NCBI GenBank assembly: GCA_002433895.1
Contig: DJJA01000003.1
Location: forward strand, 575,745 to 639,744
Origin: Candidatus Gottesmanbacteria bacterium UBA6580
GTDB taxonomy: Bacteria; Patescibacteriota; Microgenomatia; UBA10105; UBA927
DNA length: 64,000 nt
Direction: 5' to 3'
This document shows positions 17,369-27,096 of this stretch, piece by piece (position 1 is the first letter of the stretch; every line of letters begins with the position of its first letter). The position numbers and the translations under genes are program-made. The notes beneath the pieces are model-generated. The model worked only from the letters and a program-made list of their open reading frames with translations. It did no database searches and had not been told where the DNA came from.

Positions 17369-18612
17369 GTATGATGAAATACTTCCGTAAGGTTATCTCT
17401 GCCTCTCTTTCCCCGAATACGGAAACTGATGATGTGGCCGCGGCAGTAGCAGCACTTTTTTCTCCCTGGCGATGGCACCAGGGCAGCGACATAAAGGCAG
17501 TCAAGCAATGGTTTACCGGTCATTTCCCCACCAAGCACGTCACACTGTATAACAGTGGCCGGTCAGCGCTCTATGCGATACTGCGGGCGTTCGGCATTGG
17601 TAAAGGAGACGAAGTGATCGTACAGGCATTCACATGTGTTGCGGTGCCCAACAGCGTACTGTGGGCGGGCGCAACACCGGTATACGCCGATATAGACGGG
17701 ACATATAATCTGGATCCTGTTGATCTCGAAAAACACATAACCCCCCGTACGAAAGCGGTTATTGTGCAGAATACCTTCGGTATACCGGCAAATATGGATG
17801 CGTTAGTTACCCTCACGAAAAAATATAAGTTATTGCTTATCGAAGATTGCGCACACGCGCTTGGCGCATTCTATAAAGGAAAGCGGGTGGGATCGTTTGG
17901 CGACGCGGCGTTTTTTAGCTTTGGGCGTGACAAAGTACTTTCCAGCGTGTGGGGTGGGGCAGCGATTATCCATAACGACTGCCGCGTGGTGGATGCCACG
18001 GCAAAAATCCATACATTCCACAGCCGGCTTCTGATGCCCAATGCTTCCTGGATAGTGCAGCAGCTGCTCCATCCTTTGGCGTTCGCGTTTATTATCCCTT
18101 GGTACAATTTGGGGATTGGCAAGCTTCTCCTCGTGTTCCTGCAACGGATGAATATGTTGTCATTTCCGGTATATCCTGAGGAAAAATCCGGTGGTCGGCC
18201 CAAAGGTTTTCCGGCACAATATCCAAATGCACTCGCGAAACTACTCCGGGTGCAGCTCCGGAAACTTGACCGCTATGGAAATATGAGACGGGATATAGCC
18301 CAAATATATGCCAAAAAATTTTCAGATTTGCCGCATAATGTGCCGTATATTCCGGGGTCAGGTTACTTACGGTACCCAGTGTGGGTAGACGCTCCGGAGC
18401 AGTTGCGGCTTAAAGCAAAAAAGCGCGGTATACTATTGGGGAATTGGTATCATAATGTGATTGATCCAATCGGAGTTATACTTGAAAAAGTAGGATACAC
18501 TCCCGGAAGCTGCCCCCGCTCAGAAGAGGCAGCTAAACATCTCCTCAACCTTCCTACCCGTATCACTGCCAGGGAAAGTAGCCAAATACTTGTGTTATTC
18601 CGTACAATATAA
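17365..18612 (+). CDS. DegT/DnrJ/EryC1/StrS-family PLP-dependent sugar aminotransferase
   Basis: 'LYNSGRSALYAIL...DEVIVQAFTCVAV' and 'FSFGRDKVLS' (PLP-lysine region). Confidence 0.7.
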   Translation: MSMMKYFRKVISASLSPNTETDDVAAAVAALFSPWRWHQGSDIKAVKQWFTGHFPTKHVTLYNSGRSALYAILRAFGIGKGDEVIVQAFTCVAVPNSVLWAGATPVYADIDGTYNLDPVDLEKHITPRTKAVIVQNTFGIPANMDALVTLTKKYKLLLIEDCAHALGAFYKGKRVGSFGDAAFFSFGRDKVLSSVWGGAAIIHNDCRVVDATAKIHTFHSRLLMPNASWIVQQLLHPLAFAFIIPWYNLGIGKLLLVFLQRMNMLSFPVYPEEKSGGRPKGFPAQYPNALAKLLRVQLRKLDRYGNMRRDIAQIYAKKFSDLPHNVPYIPGSGYLRYPVWVDAPEQLRLKAKKRGILLGNWYHNVIDPIGVILEKVGYTPGSCPRSEEAAKHLLNLPTRITARESSQILVLFRTI

Positions 18613-18615
18613 GGT

Positions 18616-19584
18616 ATGCAACTGAATTGGATTGACCTCGTTATCATCGCGTTTATCGCTTACGAGATTTACCGCGGATGGGAAAGCGGTTTTGCCGCGC
18701 TTCTGGCACATTTAGGGTCATTTTTGGCCTCATTGTGGCTTGCGGTCCGCTATCATGCCGTTGTCGGAAATTTCTTTGTCACAAAATTTGGGGTAGCTCC
18801 CTTGTGGAACGACGTCGTGGGATACGTCGTGATTGCATTAGCATCGCAGGCTGTGCTCGAAGAAATTTTTACATTAGCGGTCGGGAAGCTTCCCAAGAAG
18901 TTTCATACATCAAAAGTAAATCATTGGCTGGGCAGCGCGTTATCTTCGGTAAACGCATGTATTATTGTCGCTTTCTTTCTCTTGCTTATTCTTTCGCTGC
19001 CACTGCGGGGAACGGTGAAGCAGGATATACGGAACTCGACTATAGGTAGATGGTTTGTGGTGTTATCCGAACAGTATGGCGGAGAAGTGCAGTCTTCGCT
19101 TGAAGAGTTTGCGCGCGAGGCCCGGCGGTTTTTGACCGTTACGCCGGGAAGCCATGAGCGGCTGCCGGTCGATGTGCCGGAGCAGGGAATATCGTTTACT
19201 GTGGATCCAGCGACCGAAGCGCAAATGGTGACACTCGTAAATAAGGAACGCGCTGAAAATGGGCTTCCGGCACTTCAGATGGATCGCGATATTACCGAAG
19301 TATCGCGGGGCAAAAGCCGTGACATGTTTGAGCGGCGCTATTTTTCGCATTACGATCCGGATGGTAACAATGCGGCTGACAGGATGAATGACGCGGGTAT
19401 TTCGTATGCGGTAGTCGGAGAAAACCTGGCGTATGCCCCCAATCTTACCAGCGCGCATGAAGGCCTGATGAACAGTGAAGGGCACAGGGCAAACATTTTG
19501 GAAAGCAGATTTCGCCGGATTGGAATAGGCGTAATAGATGGTGGCTTTTACGGTAAAATGTTTACCCAGATTTTTGCAGATTAA
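18616..19584 (+). CDS. CvpA-family membrane domain fused to a CAP/SCP (cysteine-rich secretory protein-like) domain
   Basis: N-terminus 'IDLVIIAFIAYEIYRGWESGF' is CvpA-like with TM helices. The C-terminus 'HYDPDGNNAADR...GENLAY...GHRANIL' is CAP-like. Confidence 0.6.
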   Translation: MQLNWIDLVIIAFIAYEIYRGWESGFAALLAHLGSFLASLWLAVRYHAVVGNFFVTKFGVAPLWNDVVGYVVIALASQAVLEEIFTLAVGKLPKKFHTSKVNHWLGSALSSVNACIIVAFFLLLILSLPLRGTVKQDIRNSTIGRWFVVLSEQYGGEVQSSLEEFAREARRFLTVTPGSHERLPVDVPEQGISFTVDPATEAQMVTLVNKERAENGLPALQMDRDITEVSRGKSRDMFERRYFSHYDPDGNNAADRMNDAGISYAVVGENLAYAPNLTSAHEGLMNSEGHRANILESRFRRIGIGVIDGGFYGKMFTQIFAD

Positions 19585-19590
19585 ATTCCC

Positions 19591-20220
19591 ATGTTGGATA
19601 TTACTCCTCTTACCGTGGGACAGATGGCCACACATTGTTATGTGGTCACAGACCCCTCTACCCACGAGTGCGTAATTATTGACCCGGGTGACGACGCTGA
19701 ATATATAAGCGAGATGGTGAGCCGGCAAAACGCGCAACCCACGATGATTGTGGCGACGCATGGTCACTTTGATCATATTATGGCGGCGTTTGCGTTGCAG
19801 CTTGCTTACAAGATACCGGTTGCCATGCACCCTGAAGATATATTTCTGGTTGACCGGATGCGGAGCACCGCGCAGCATTTTTTGGGGCTTTCTGAAATTG
19901 ATCCTGAACCGTCTATTACGGTAGCGCTTGAGAACCGGAGCTCTGTCGCGGTGGGAAGGGAACAACTGGTTGTCGTGCATACCCCTGGACATACACCCGG
20001 AAGCATCTGTCTGTATGGAAAAAAGAATAACGTGTTGTTTTGCGGTGACACCATTTTTGATGAGGGTGCTATCGGAAGTGTTGATCACGCATACAGCAGC
20101 CGCGAAAGCATCCGGAAGTCGATTAAAAAAATACTCGCATATCCGGAGAGTACCAGATTGTTGCCCGGGCACGGAGAGGAAACCACGGTTGGCAGAGCGT
20201 CTGCCTTTCACGTACAATAG
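19591..20220 (+). CDS. MBL-fold metallo-hydrolase
   Basis: 'ATHGHFDH' HxHxDH metal-binding motif. Confidence 0.75.
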   Translation: MLDITPLTVGQMATHCYVVTDPSTHECVIIDPGDDAEYISEMVSRQNAQPTMIVATHGHFDHIMAAFALQLAYKIPVAMHPEDIFLVDRMRSTAQHFLGLSEIDPEPSITVALENRSSVAVGREQLVVVHTPGHTPGSICLYGKKNNVLFCGDTIFDEGAIGSVDHAYSSRESIRKSIKKILAYPESTRLLPGHGEETTVGRASAFHVQ

Positions 20221-20224
20221 CCGT

Positions 20225-21238
20225 ATGGCTTTGCGATTTGCCCCAATTGACGATCAATCTGGTTGGGAATTGTTTATACTCCGGAACGCGCCCGAGGCGC
20301 TTTTTCAAAGCTGGAGCTGGGGTGAAGTACAAAAACGCTTGGGATCCACGGTTACGCGATACGGGATTTTTGAAAAAGATACATTGATAGGCGTGATGCA
20401 GACCGTACTCGTACGTGCGCGCAGGGGGTCGTTTCTTCATGTGCGGCATGGTCCGGTCATTGAAAAGAGCGCGGTTCGGGCATGGAAACCCGCGATCGCA
20501 TTTTTATCGGCAGAGGCGAGAAAGTTAGGGTGTTGGTTTGTGCGGGTGAGTCCGTTACTTAGGGAAACTCCGGCGTCACGGGCACTCTTTGCTTCGCTTC
20601 ATGCAAGACCCGCGGCTATCCACCGTATGGATGGTGAATATTGTTGGGTGCTCGATCTGGATGCGTCTACGGATCAGTTGCTGAGCGCGATGCGTAAAAC
20701 CACACGCTACGAAATACGACGCGCTGAGCGTGAGCATGTCGAGGTATATAGCACACAGAACCCCAAATATCTTCAAGATTTCTTTTCGTTGTATGAGGCA
20801 ACCAGCTCACGGCATGGTTTTGTGCCGCATACCGGTATCCGTGAAGAGTTTGATGTGTTTGCTAAGCAAAAACAGGCAATGTTGTATGTGGGAAAATACG
20901 AGGGCAAACCACTGGCTTCGGCGATAATTTTATATTACGGCAATCAGGCGATCTATCATCACGGAGCGTCTGCATCGAACCGGGCGTCTGTTTCATATGC
21001 GATACAGTGGGAAGCTATACAGGACGCGAAAAAAAGAGGTATGAAAGTATACAATTTTTGGGGTATAGCTCCACAAGATAGCCCAAAGCACCCATGGAGA
21101 GGAATTACATTGTTCAAAACAGGTTTTGGGGGGCGTTTGGTCGAGTACACGCATGCACAGGACATACCCGTTTCGCCATGGTATATACTACCCCGTACGA
21201 TAGAAACGGTGAGAAGGTTGCTGAAAGGGTATGATTAG
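20225..21238 (+). CDS. FemAB-family aminoacyl-tRNA-dependent peptidoglycan branch transferase (FemX-like)
   Basis: 'FQSWSWGEVQKRLG', 'YHHGASASNRA' and 'YNFWGI' resemble FemX/FemAB motifs. Start ATG 20225 chosen because the ORF track's 19928 start lies inside the MBL gene. Confidence 0.6.
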   Translation: MALRFAPIDDQSGWELFILRNAPEALFQSWSWGEVQKRLGSTVTRYGIFEKDTLIGVMQTVLVRARRGSFLHVRHGPVIEKSAVRAWKPAIAFLSAEARKLGCWFVRVSPLLRETPASRALFASLHARPAAIHRMDGEYCWVLDLDASTDQLLSAMRKTTRYEIRRAEREHVEVYSTQNPKYLQDFFSLYEATSSRHGFVPHTGIREEFDVFAKQKQAMLYVGKYEGKPLASAIILYYGNQAIYHHGASASNRASVSYAIQWEAIQDAKKRGMKVYNFWGIAPQDSPKHPWRGITLFKTGFGGRLVEYTHAQDIPVSPWYILPRTIETVRRLLKGYD

Positions 21239-21319
21239 GTGGAGCCTTCTTTGCCGCCCGGCGGTTTGTGTTTTTACCGCTGACTTTCTATACTAGTGGG
21301 TGGAGGAAGCGCTATACGT

Positions 21320-21688
21320 ATGAGAAAAATACTGCATCAGCATCATATTTCGTTTAAAAACGCGTTTGGTGGACTGTGGTGGGCAGTGACGACGCAGCCG
21401 AATTTCCGTGTGCATTTGGTGCTTTCGGCAATTGCGTTGTACTTATGCTGGTTCCTCGGGGTGAGTAAAGTAGAAACATCCATTATCGTATTTACGATTA
21501 TTCTGGGATTAAGCGCAGAACTTATCAATACATCGCTTGAGGCGATGACGGATTTGATAACGCAAGAGTGGCGCAAGGAAGCAAAAATAGCAAAGGATGT
21601 TGCTGCCGGTATGATGCTTACTGTCGCGTTTGGAGCCATACTGGTCGCGTTATTAATATTGGGGCCAAAACTGGTGCTGCTTTTTTAA
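21320..21688 (+). CDS. dgkA: Diacylglycerol/undecaprenol kinase DgkA family
   Basis: Three TM helices and 'ELINTSLEAMTD'. GGAGG SD before ATG 21320. TTGTGT-N17-TATACT promoter at 21266-21294. Confidence 0.65.
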   Translation: MRKILHQHHISFKNAFGGLWWAVTTQPNFRVHLVLSAIALYLCWFLGVSKVETSIIVFTIILGLSAELINTSLEAMTDLITQEWRKEAKIAKDVAAGMMLTVAFGAILVALLILGPKLVLLF

Positions 21689-21700
21689 CATTATACATTT

Positions 21701-22735
21701 ATGCAATTACTTCTCGGCGTTGTTTTATTTTCGTGGCTGATCCATAGCGTGCTTTTTATTCCGTTTATCAAGTTATTGTATTCGCTCCGGCTACAGCGGT
21801 TAAAACAGGTGACCCGCGACATGTTTAATAAAAGGACCCCATTTTTTGATAAGTTTCATCATCACAAGGCGGGCACGCCGGTTGGCGGAGGATTGCTTAT
21901 TATCGCAATTACTACCATTTTGCTTCCCATTATGTTGCTGCTTATGTATTATTTCTGGATACCGATTACCTCAGTATATCCTTTGGGAAGCGAGGTAAAA
22001 ATACTGTTGTTTACTTTTATTTCATTCGGACTTTTGGGACTTTTGGATGACGCCAAAAAAACATTCGCCTGGGTCAAAAAGGGATTTTTTGGATTACGGC
22101 TGCGGCATAAACTTATATTGGAAATTATACTGGCGTGTATCGTGGGATTTTGGCTTGTGCATGATCTTAAAATAAACATTCTCCATATCCCGCTTTTGGG
22201 TGTGTTTCATCTCGGGTGGTGGTATATACCGTTTGCCGTATTTGTGATTATCGCGTTTGCTAACGCGTTTAATATTACTGACGGATTGGACGGGCTTTCC
22301 GCGGGGGTACTCGTTATCGCGTTGTTCGCGTTTTGGTTTTTGTCGGCATCAATTTTAGATACGGTGCTGTCGATATTTATCGCGTTATGGATTGGCGGTG
22401 TGCTCGCGTTTCTTTATTTTAACGTGCTGCCGTCACGGATCTTTTTGGGAGATGTGGGGGCATTGTCATTTGGCGCGACATTTGCTGTTGTCGGGCTCAT
22501 TCTTGGGAAAACTCCCGCATTGGTTATCATCGGAGGGATATTTGTGCTCGAAGTCACTTCCTCACTTATCCAACTGGTGGCAAAATCTGTGACGGGACGA
22601 AAGTTGTTTATGGCGGCGCCCCTGCATTTATGGCTCCAAGTAAAAGGCTGGCCAGAGTCAAAAATCGTTATGCGTTTTTGGATACTTGCGATAGTGCTTG
22701 CCATGTTTGGATTGTGGCTAGCGCTCCTCTATTAG
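21701..22735 (+). CDS. mraY: Phospho-N-acetylmuramoyl-pentapeptide transferase
   Basis: 'NAFNITDGLDGLSAG' MraY motif in a polytopic membrane protein. Confidence 0.85.
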   Translation: MQLLLGVVLFSWLIHSVLFIPFIKLLYSLRLQRLKQVTRDMFNKRTPFFDKFHHHKAGTPVGGGLLIIAITTILLPIMLLLMYYFWIPITSVYPLGSEVKILLFTFISFGLLGLLDDAKKTFAWVKKGFFGLRLRHKLILEIILACIVGFWLVHDLKINILHIPLLGVFHLGWWYIPFAVFVIIAFANAFNITDGLDGLSAGVLVIALFAFWFLSASILDTVLSIFIALWIGGVLAFLYFNVLPSRIFLGDVGALSFGATFAVVGLILGKTPALVIIGGIFVLEVTSSLIQLVAKSVTGRKLFMAAPLHLWLQVKGWPESKIVMRFWILAIVLAMFGLWLALLY

Positions 22736-22744
22736 CGGAGTACC

Positions 22745-23881
22745 ATGAATATTTCCACAATTTTTGCCCACGCCAAGACGAAAACAAACGGACTGCGGCA
22801 TATCAAAACTACAGGTGGTGTTGGTGACCGGTGGTTGCTTGCGGCAACTGTTATCTTGGCAACGGTAGGGATACTCATGGTTTACGACTCGTCGGTCGCG
22901 ATTGCGCTCCGGGATTTCGGTGATCCGTATTATTTCGTCCGTGAGCAGGTAAAGTGGTTGGTGTTGGGGTTTATCGGGTTTGCCATATTTTCAAGATTTC
23001 CGTACAGCGCGTTCCGGCAATTTGCGGTACCCATTCTCATAGGAACGCTGGTGTTGCTTTTAGCGGTATTTATACCCGGTTTCGGGGTGCACGCATTGGG
23101 TGCACGGAGATGGCTTAATTTTGGATTGTTTGTCGTGCAGCCTGCCGAAGTGGCGAAACTTGCTATGGTGATTTATTTATCGGCATGGTTTTCGACCAAA
23201 GAGAAAGGAAGACTTGCTGCCTTTTTGCTCCTTACCGGTATGGTCGTAGGGCTGGTACTGTTGGAGCCGGATATGGGCACTGCTACCACTATACTTCTTA
23301 CGGCGCTCTCACTTTATTTTCTTTCCGGCGCGCCCATAGGGCATTTTTTGGCTATTATTCCGGTATTGCTTGTTGGCCTCGGCGGACTTGCTATCGCCCA
23401 GCCGTATCGATTGCGCCGCGTGACGACGTTTTTAAATCCCGACCTTGATCCGCTGGGGTCTTCGTATCAGATACGCCAGATACTTTTGGCATTAGGCAGC
23501 GGAGGATTATTTGGCGTGGGGTTAGGCAAGTCACGGCAGAAGTACGAGTATCTTCCTGAGGCCAACACAGATTCGATATTCGCAATCCTCGGGGAAGAAA
23601 CAGGATTTATCGGCGCAACTATCGTCGTATTGCTGTTTCTTTTTTTGGTGTGGCGGTGTTTTAAAATCGCGCGGCGGATACAGGATCCGTTCGGAAAACT
23701 GCTTGCGCTGGGTGTCGGATCATGGATAGGGATACAGGCGTTTGTTAATATAGGATCTATGGTGGCTATCATCCCGCTTACCGGCGTACCGTTGCCGCTT
23801 ATTTCATATGGGGGATCGAATTTGATTATCACATTGAGCGCCTTGGGTATGGTCTACAACATAAGCAAAAAAAATACATGA
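22745..23881 (+). CDS. ftsW: SEDS-family peptidoglycan glycosyltransferase FtsW
   Basis: 'LPEANTDSIFAILGEETGFIGA' SEDS motif. Located between mraY and murG. Confidence 0.8.
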   Translation: MNISTIFAHAKTKTNGLRHIKTTGGVGDRWLLAATVILATVGILMVYDSSVAIALRDFGDPYYFVREQVKWLVLGFIGFAIFSRFPYSAFRQFAVPILIGTLVLLLAVFIPGFGVHALGARRWLNFGLFVVQPAEVAKLAMVIYLSAWFSTKEKGRLAAFLLLTGMVVGLVLLEPDMGTATTILLTALSLYFLSGAPIGHFLAIIPVLLVGLGGLAIAQPYRLRRVTTFLNPDLDPLGSSYQIRQILLALGSGGLFGVGLGKSRQKYEYLPEANTDSIFAILGEETGFIGATIVVLLFLFLVWRCFKIARRIQDPFGKLLALGVGSWIGIQAFVNIGSMVAIIPLTGVPLPLISYGGSNLIITLSALGMVYNISKKNT

Positions 23882-25020
23882 ATACCTCACTTCAAAAACG
23901 GGTAAAAGTGATCATGACCGGTGGGCACATTACGCCGGCGATGGCGACCATTGAAGAGTTGCTCGCGCGGTTTCCGGACTGGGAAATAGTGTTTATCGGC
24001 CGCAGTCAGGCGATTGAGGGTCAGCGCGCGCAAGCGGAAGAACAGCGGTTGATTACGGGCATGGGACTGCGGTTTGTGCCGCTTGTTACCGGAAGGCTGA
24101 AACGTGAAGGCGGAATTGGCGCGTTATTTTCATTGCTGAAGTTTCCGGTGGGATTAGTACAATCAGTTGCCATCGTCACTCGCGAGCGGCCGTCAATGAT
24201 TATTTCATTCGGCGGATACGTCGCGTTGCCGGTAGTGTTGGTAGCATGGGTACTTCGGATACCGGTCGTTACCCATGAGCAGACCACCCGGCCGGGGCTT
24301 GCGAACCGCATTATTTCCCGGTTTGCCACCAGAGTATGCATCAGTTTTCCTGAAAGCAATAAAGAGCTGGGTCTGGCGGGCAAAGTCGAGGTTACCGGCT
24401 TGCCGTTGCGGCAACAGGTGCTGCATCCTCCGAAAAAAAATCCGTTTCCGGTAACGCTTTCGCGTCCGTTGTTGCTGTTTTTGGGAGGAAGCACCGGTTC
24501 GGTTAGCGTGAATGAAAAAGTATATGAAGCACTGCCAAATTTACTTACCCGGTATACGATTATTCATCAGGTCGGAAAGATATCCGCGCAGGCGGCTCTG
24601 ACAAAACGGGATGTATTGCCGGATGATATGCAAAAGCATTATCTGCCGTATCCGTATTTATCTTCGGAGGAATATAGTTACGCACTGCATCATGCATCAT
24701 TGATTGTCGGTAGATCAGGGGCAAATACAGTGACTGAAATTGCTATTGCCGGGAAAGTTGCGGTGTGTATCCCGCTTCCATGGTCTGCAAATAATGAACA
24801 ATATTATAACGCGAAGTTCCTCAAAGATGCGGGAAGCGGTGTTATCCTCGAGCAGAAAAATTTAACCGCTGTTTCACTGGTGGATGTAATTAATCGCACT
24901 ATAAGTGAATTAAAAACGAGAGAAGCAAGTGCCCGTGAGTTGAGTAAAAAAATTCCGAGGGACTGCGCGGCGCGGTTTGTGAATGTTATCGCTAAAGAAA
25001 TATTTCCTCAACCGTCATGA
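23878..25020 (+). CDS. murG: UDP-GlcNAc--undecaprenyl-PP-MurNAc-pentapeptide GlcNAc transferase
   Basis: 'IMTGGHITPAMA' N-terminal G-loop, GT28 architecture and dcw context. Confidence 0.75.
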   Translation: MNTSLQKRVKVIMTGGHITPAMATIEELLARFPDWEIVFIGRSQAIEGQRAQAEEQRLITGMGLRFVPLVTGRLKREGGIGALFSLLKFPVGLVQSVAIVTRERPSMIISFGGYVALPVVLVAWVLRIPVVTHEQTTRPGLANRIISRFATRVCISFPESNKELGLAGKVEVTGLPLRQQVLHPPKKNPFPVTLSRPLLLFLGGSTGSVSVNEKVYEALPNLLTRYTIIHQVGKISAQAALTKRDVLPDDMQKHYLPYPYLSSEEYSYALHHASLIVGRSGANTVTEIAIAGKVAVCIPLPWSANNEQYYNAKFLKDAGSGVILEQKNLTAVSLVDVINRTISELKTREASARELSKKIPRDCAARFVNVIAKEIFPQPS

Positions 25021-25721
25021 CATCACGACTTCATGCATATACGGTAAAACGCCTGATGAGGATAGTGGTGAGCGTACTGCTTCTCATCGCTCTTACCGGT
25101 TTGCTATCGTGGCTTACTGTGCGGGCGTTTACTATCCAAAATATTGTGGTGGACGCGCCACTCATGTCCATAGAGCTTGATAAAAAGCGGTTCGGAAAAA
25201 ACCTGTTGTTTTTGCCGACAAGCAAACTCCGTGAAGAGTTATTGGAAAATTACCCACTTCTTTCTGACGTGCGGTTTGAAAAAAAATATCCGGGGACGCT
25301 GATTGTGCATCTGATACGGCGGGAAACATTCGCGGTATTAGTGTCGGAGGGGGTGAGTTACGCGATAGATGCACATGGATTGGTATTGGGGGGTACAGAG
25401 AGTAATGAAACCAGATACCCGGTGTTAACGTTCCGTTGCGGGGCGTTGGCTATAGGTAGCACAGTGCCATGTAAAGGGGTGCGGGCGAGTTTGGATTTTT
25501 TGAATAATCTCAATGTGTCGGAATTCCCGGCGCGTATGCAGGAGAAGGATAGCGTATCGATACACGCCATACGCGGTGATACAAACATATTTCTTCCTCA
25601 AACAGGTGACCTGAGTGCCAAAGCAGATACTTTACAAACAATTACGGAGGGGTTTAGAATAAAAGGTACACTGCCCACCGTGATTGATCTCCGTTTTGAA
25701 AAGCCGATCATCACGAACTAA
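25017..25721 (+). CDS. ftsQ: Cell division protein FtsQ/DivIB (POTRA)
   Basis: Single N-terminal TM helix followed by a POTRA-like region. It sits directly upstream of ftsA. Confidence 0.65.
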   Translation: MTSRLHAYTVKRLMRIVVSVLLLIALTGLLSWLTVRAFTIQNIVVDAPLMSIELDKKRFGKNLLFLPTSKLREELLENYPLLSDVRFEKKYPGTLIVHLIRRETFAVLVSEGVSYAIDAHGLVLGGTESNETRYPVLTFRCGALAIGSTVPCKGVRASLDFLNNLNVSEFPARMQEKDSVSIHAIRGDTNIFLPQTGDLSAKADTLQTITEGFRIKGTLPTVIDLRFEKPIITN

Positions 25722-25741
25722 TAACTCAAAAGAAAGCTTTT

Positions 25742-27040
25742 ATGGCACGCGATCGTATCCTCTCCGCAATTGATATCGGCTCTTCTAAAATTGTTACGCT
25801 CATTGCCGCGATAACTGAAGAAAATGAGGCACGGATTATTGGCGTATCAACAGCCCCAAGCAAAGGCCTCCGGAAAAGCCAGGTTGTAAATATCGAAGAG
25901 GCGACTGAGGCAATATCGTCCTCATTAGAGGCAGCGGAGCGCATGGCAGGAGTTTCGGTCGCTCAGGCTTTTGTCAGTGTCGGAGGAGCACATATCGCCT
26001 CGCTAAACTCCCATGGGGTGGTCGCGGTTGCCGAGCCTGAAAAAGAAATTACTTCGTTTGATGTAAAACGCGTGATAGATGCCGCCAAAGCGGTGCAATT
26101 ACCCACCTCCCGCGAAATCCTGCACGTTTTGCCGAGAGGGTATAGTGTCGATGGGCAGGAAGGAATAGTTGATCCTGTCGGGATGAGCGGTGTGCGGCTT
26201 GAAGTGGAGACGCATTTGGTAACCGGCGGGGCGACAGCGATACGGAACCTGCATAAATGTGTAAGCGAGCTGGGTGTTGAAGTTTCCGGCATTGCATTTG
26301 GCGGTTTAGCTGCGGCTACCGCAACCCTTTCCGATACGGAAAAAGAGTTGGGCGTTGTGCTCGTCGATATCGGTGGGGGAACAACCGATGTGGCAATCTT
26401 TGTCGAAGGCGCGCTTTCATACTCTTCTGTCATTCCTGTAGGGGCTATCAATATCACGAAAGACTTGGCGGCTGGGCTCCGCATATCGCTAGAGAGCGCT
26501 GAAAAGATTAAATTGCGATTGGGGCAATTGCCCAAATCGCCGATAACTATCGACGAAGAAAAGCCCAAAGGAAAAGGCGAAAAGGACGACGAAATAGATG
26601 TGTCTGATTTAGGGCTTCCCGAAGGCATGCGTTCTATTTCAAGAAAAACTTTGATCGAAGGAATTATTAAGCCGCGCTTAAATGAAATATTTACCATGGT
26701 GGGGCTTGAAATCAAGCGCAGTGGCTTTGGCGGGATGACACCTTCCGGCGTTGTCATGACCGGCGGTGGCGCGTTGACGGTAGGTGCAGTGGAGGCAGCG
26801 CGGCGCAATCTCGCTATGCCCGTGCACGTGGGGATGCCACAGCGGGTTACCGGGCTTATTGACGAGATTATGACTCCATCCTATGCTGCGGGTGTCGGAT
26901 TACTGCTTTGGGGAAATTCGACAGGAAAATCAGAATCCTCCAGTTCACTTTTTTCCGGCATCGGGAAGATGGGTGGAGCCGCCCAAGTCAAAGGACTTGC
27001 TGGAAAGGTTGTCGATCTGGTAAAGTCATTCTTGCCCTAA
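25742..27040 (+). CDS. ftsA: Cell division protein FtsA
   Basis: 'ILSAIDIGSSKIVTLIA' actin-like ATPase N-terminus and 432 aa length. Confidence 0.85.
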   Translation: MARDRILSAIDIGSSKIVTLIAAITEENEARIIGVSTAPSKGLRKSQVVNIEEATEAISSSLEAAERMAGVSVAQAFVSVGGAHIASLNSHGVVAVAEPEKEITSFDVKRVIDAAKAVQLPTSREILHVLPRGYSVDGQEGIVDPVGMSGVRLEVETHLVTGGATAIRNLHKCVSELGVEVSGIAFGGLAAATATLSDTEKELGVVLVDIGGGTTDVAIFVEGALSYSSVIPVGAINITKDLAAGLRISLESAEKIKLRLGQLPKSPITIDEEKPKGKGEKDDEIDVSDLGLPEGMRSISRKTLIEGIIKPRLNEIFTMVGLEIKRSGFGGMTPSGVVMTGGGALTVGAVEAARRNLAMPVHVGMPQRVTGLIDEIMTPSYAAGVGLLLWGNSTGKSESSSSLFSGIGKMGGAAQVKGLAGKVVDLVKSFLP

Positions 27041-27096
27041 TTAAAGAACGCGCACTGCCCCTCAGACTTGCCCCTGATGGTATTATCGAATAATAA

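Noticed and set aside
19063-20217. 384 aa minus-strand ORF
   Set aside because: It lies antisense across two well-supported plus-strand genes (the CvpA-CAP fusion and the MBL hydrolase). The protein is low-complexity with no motifs. This is a typical shadow ORF of GC-moderate coding DNA.
25963-26808. 281 aa minus-strand ORF inside ftsA
   Set aside because: Antisense shadow of ftsA. Its Pro/Ser/Thr-rich composition reflects the opposite-strand codons.
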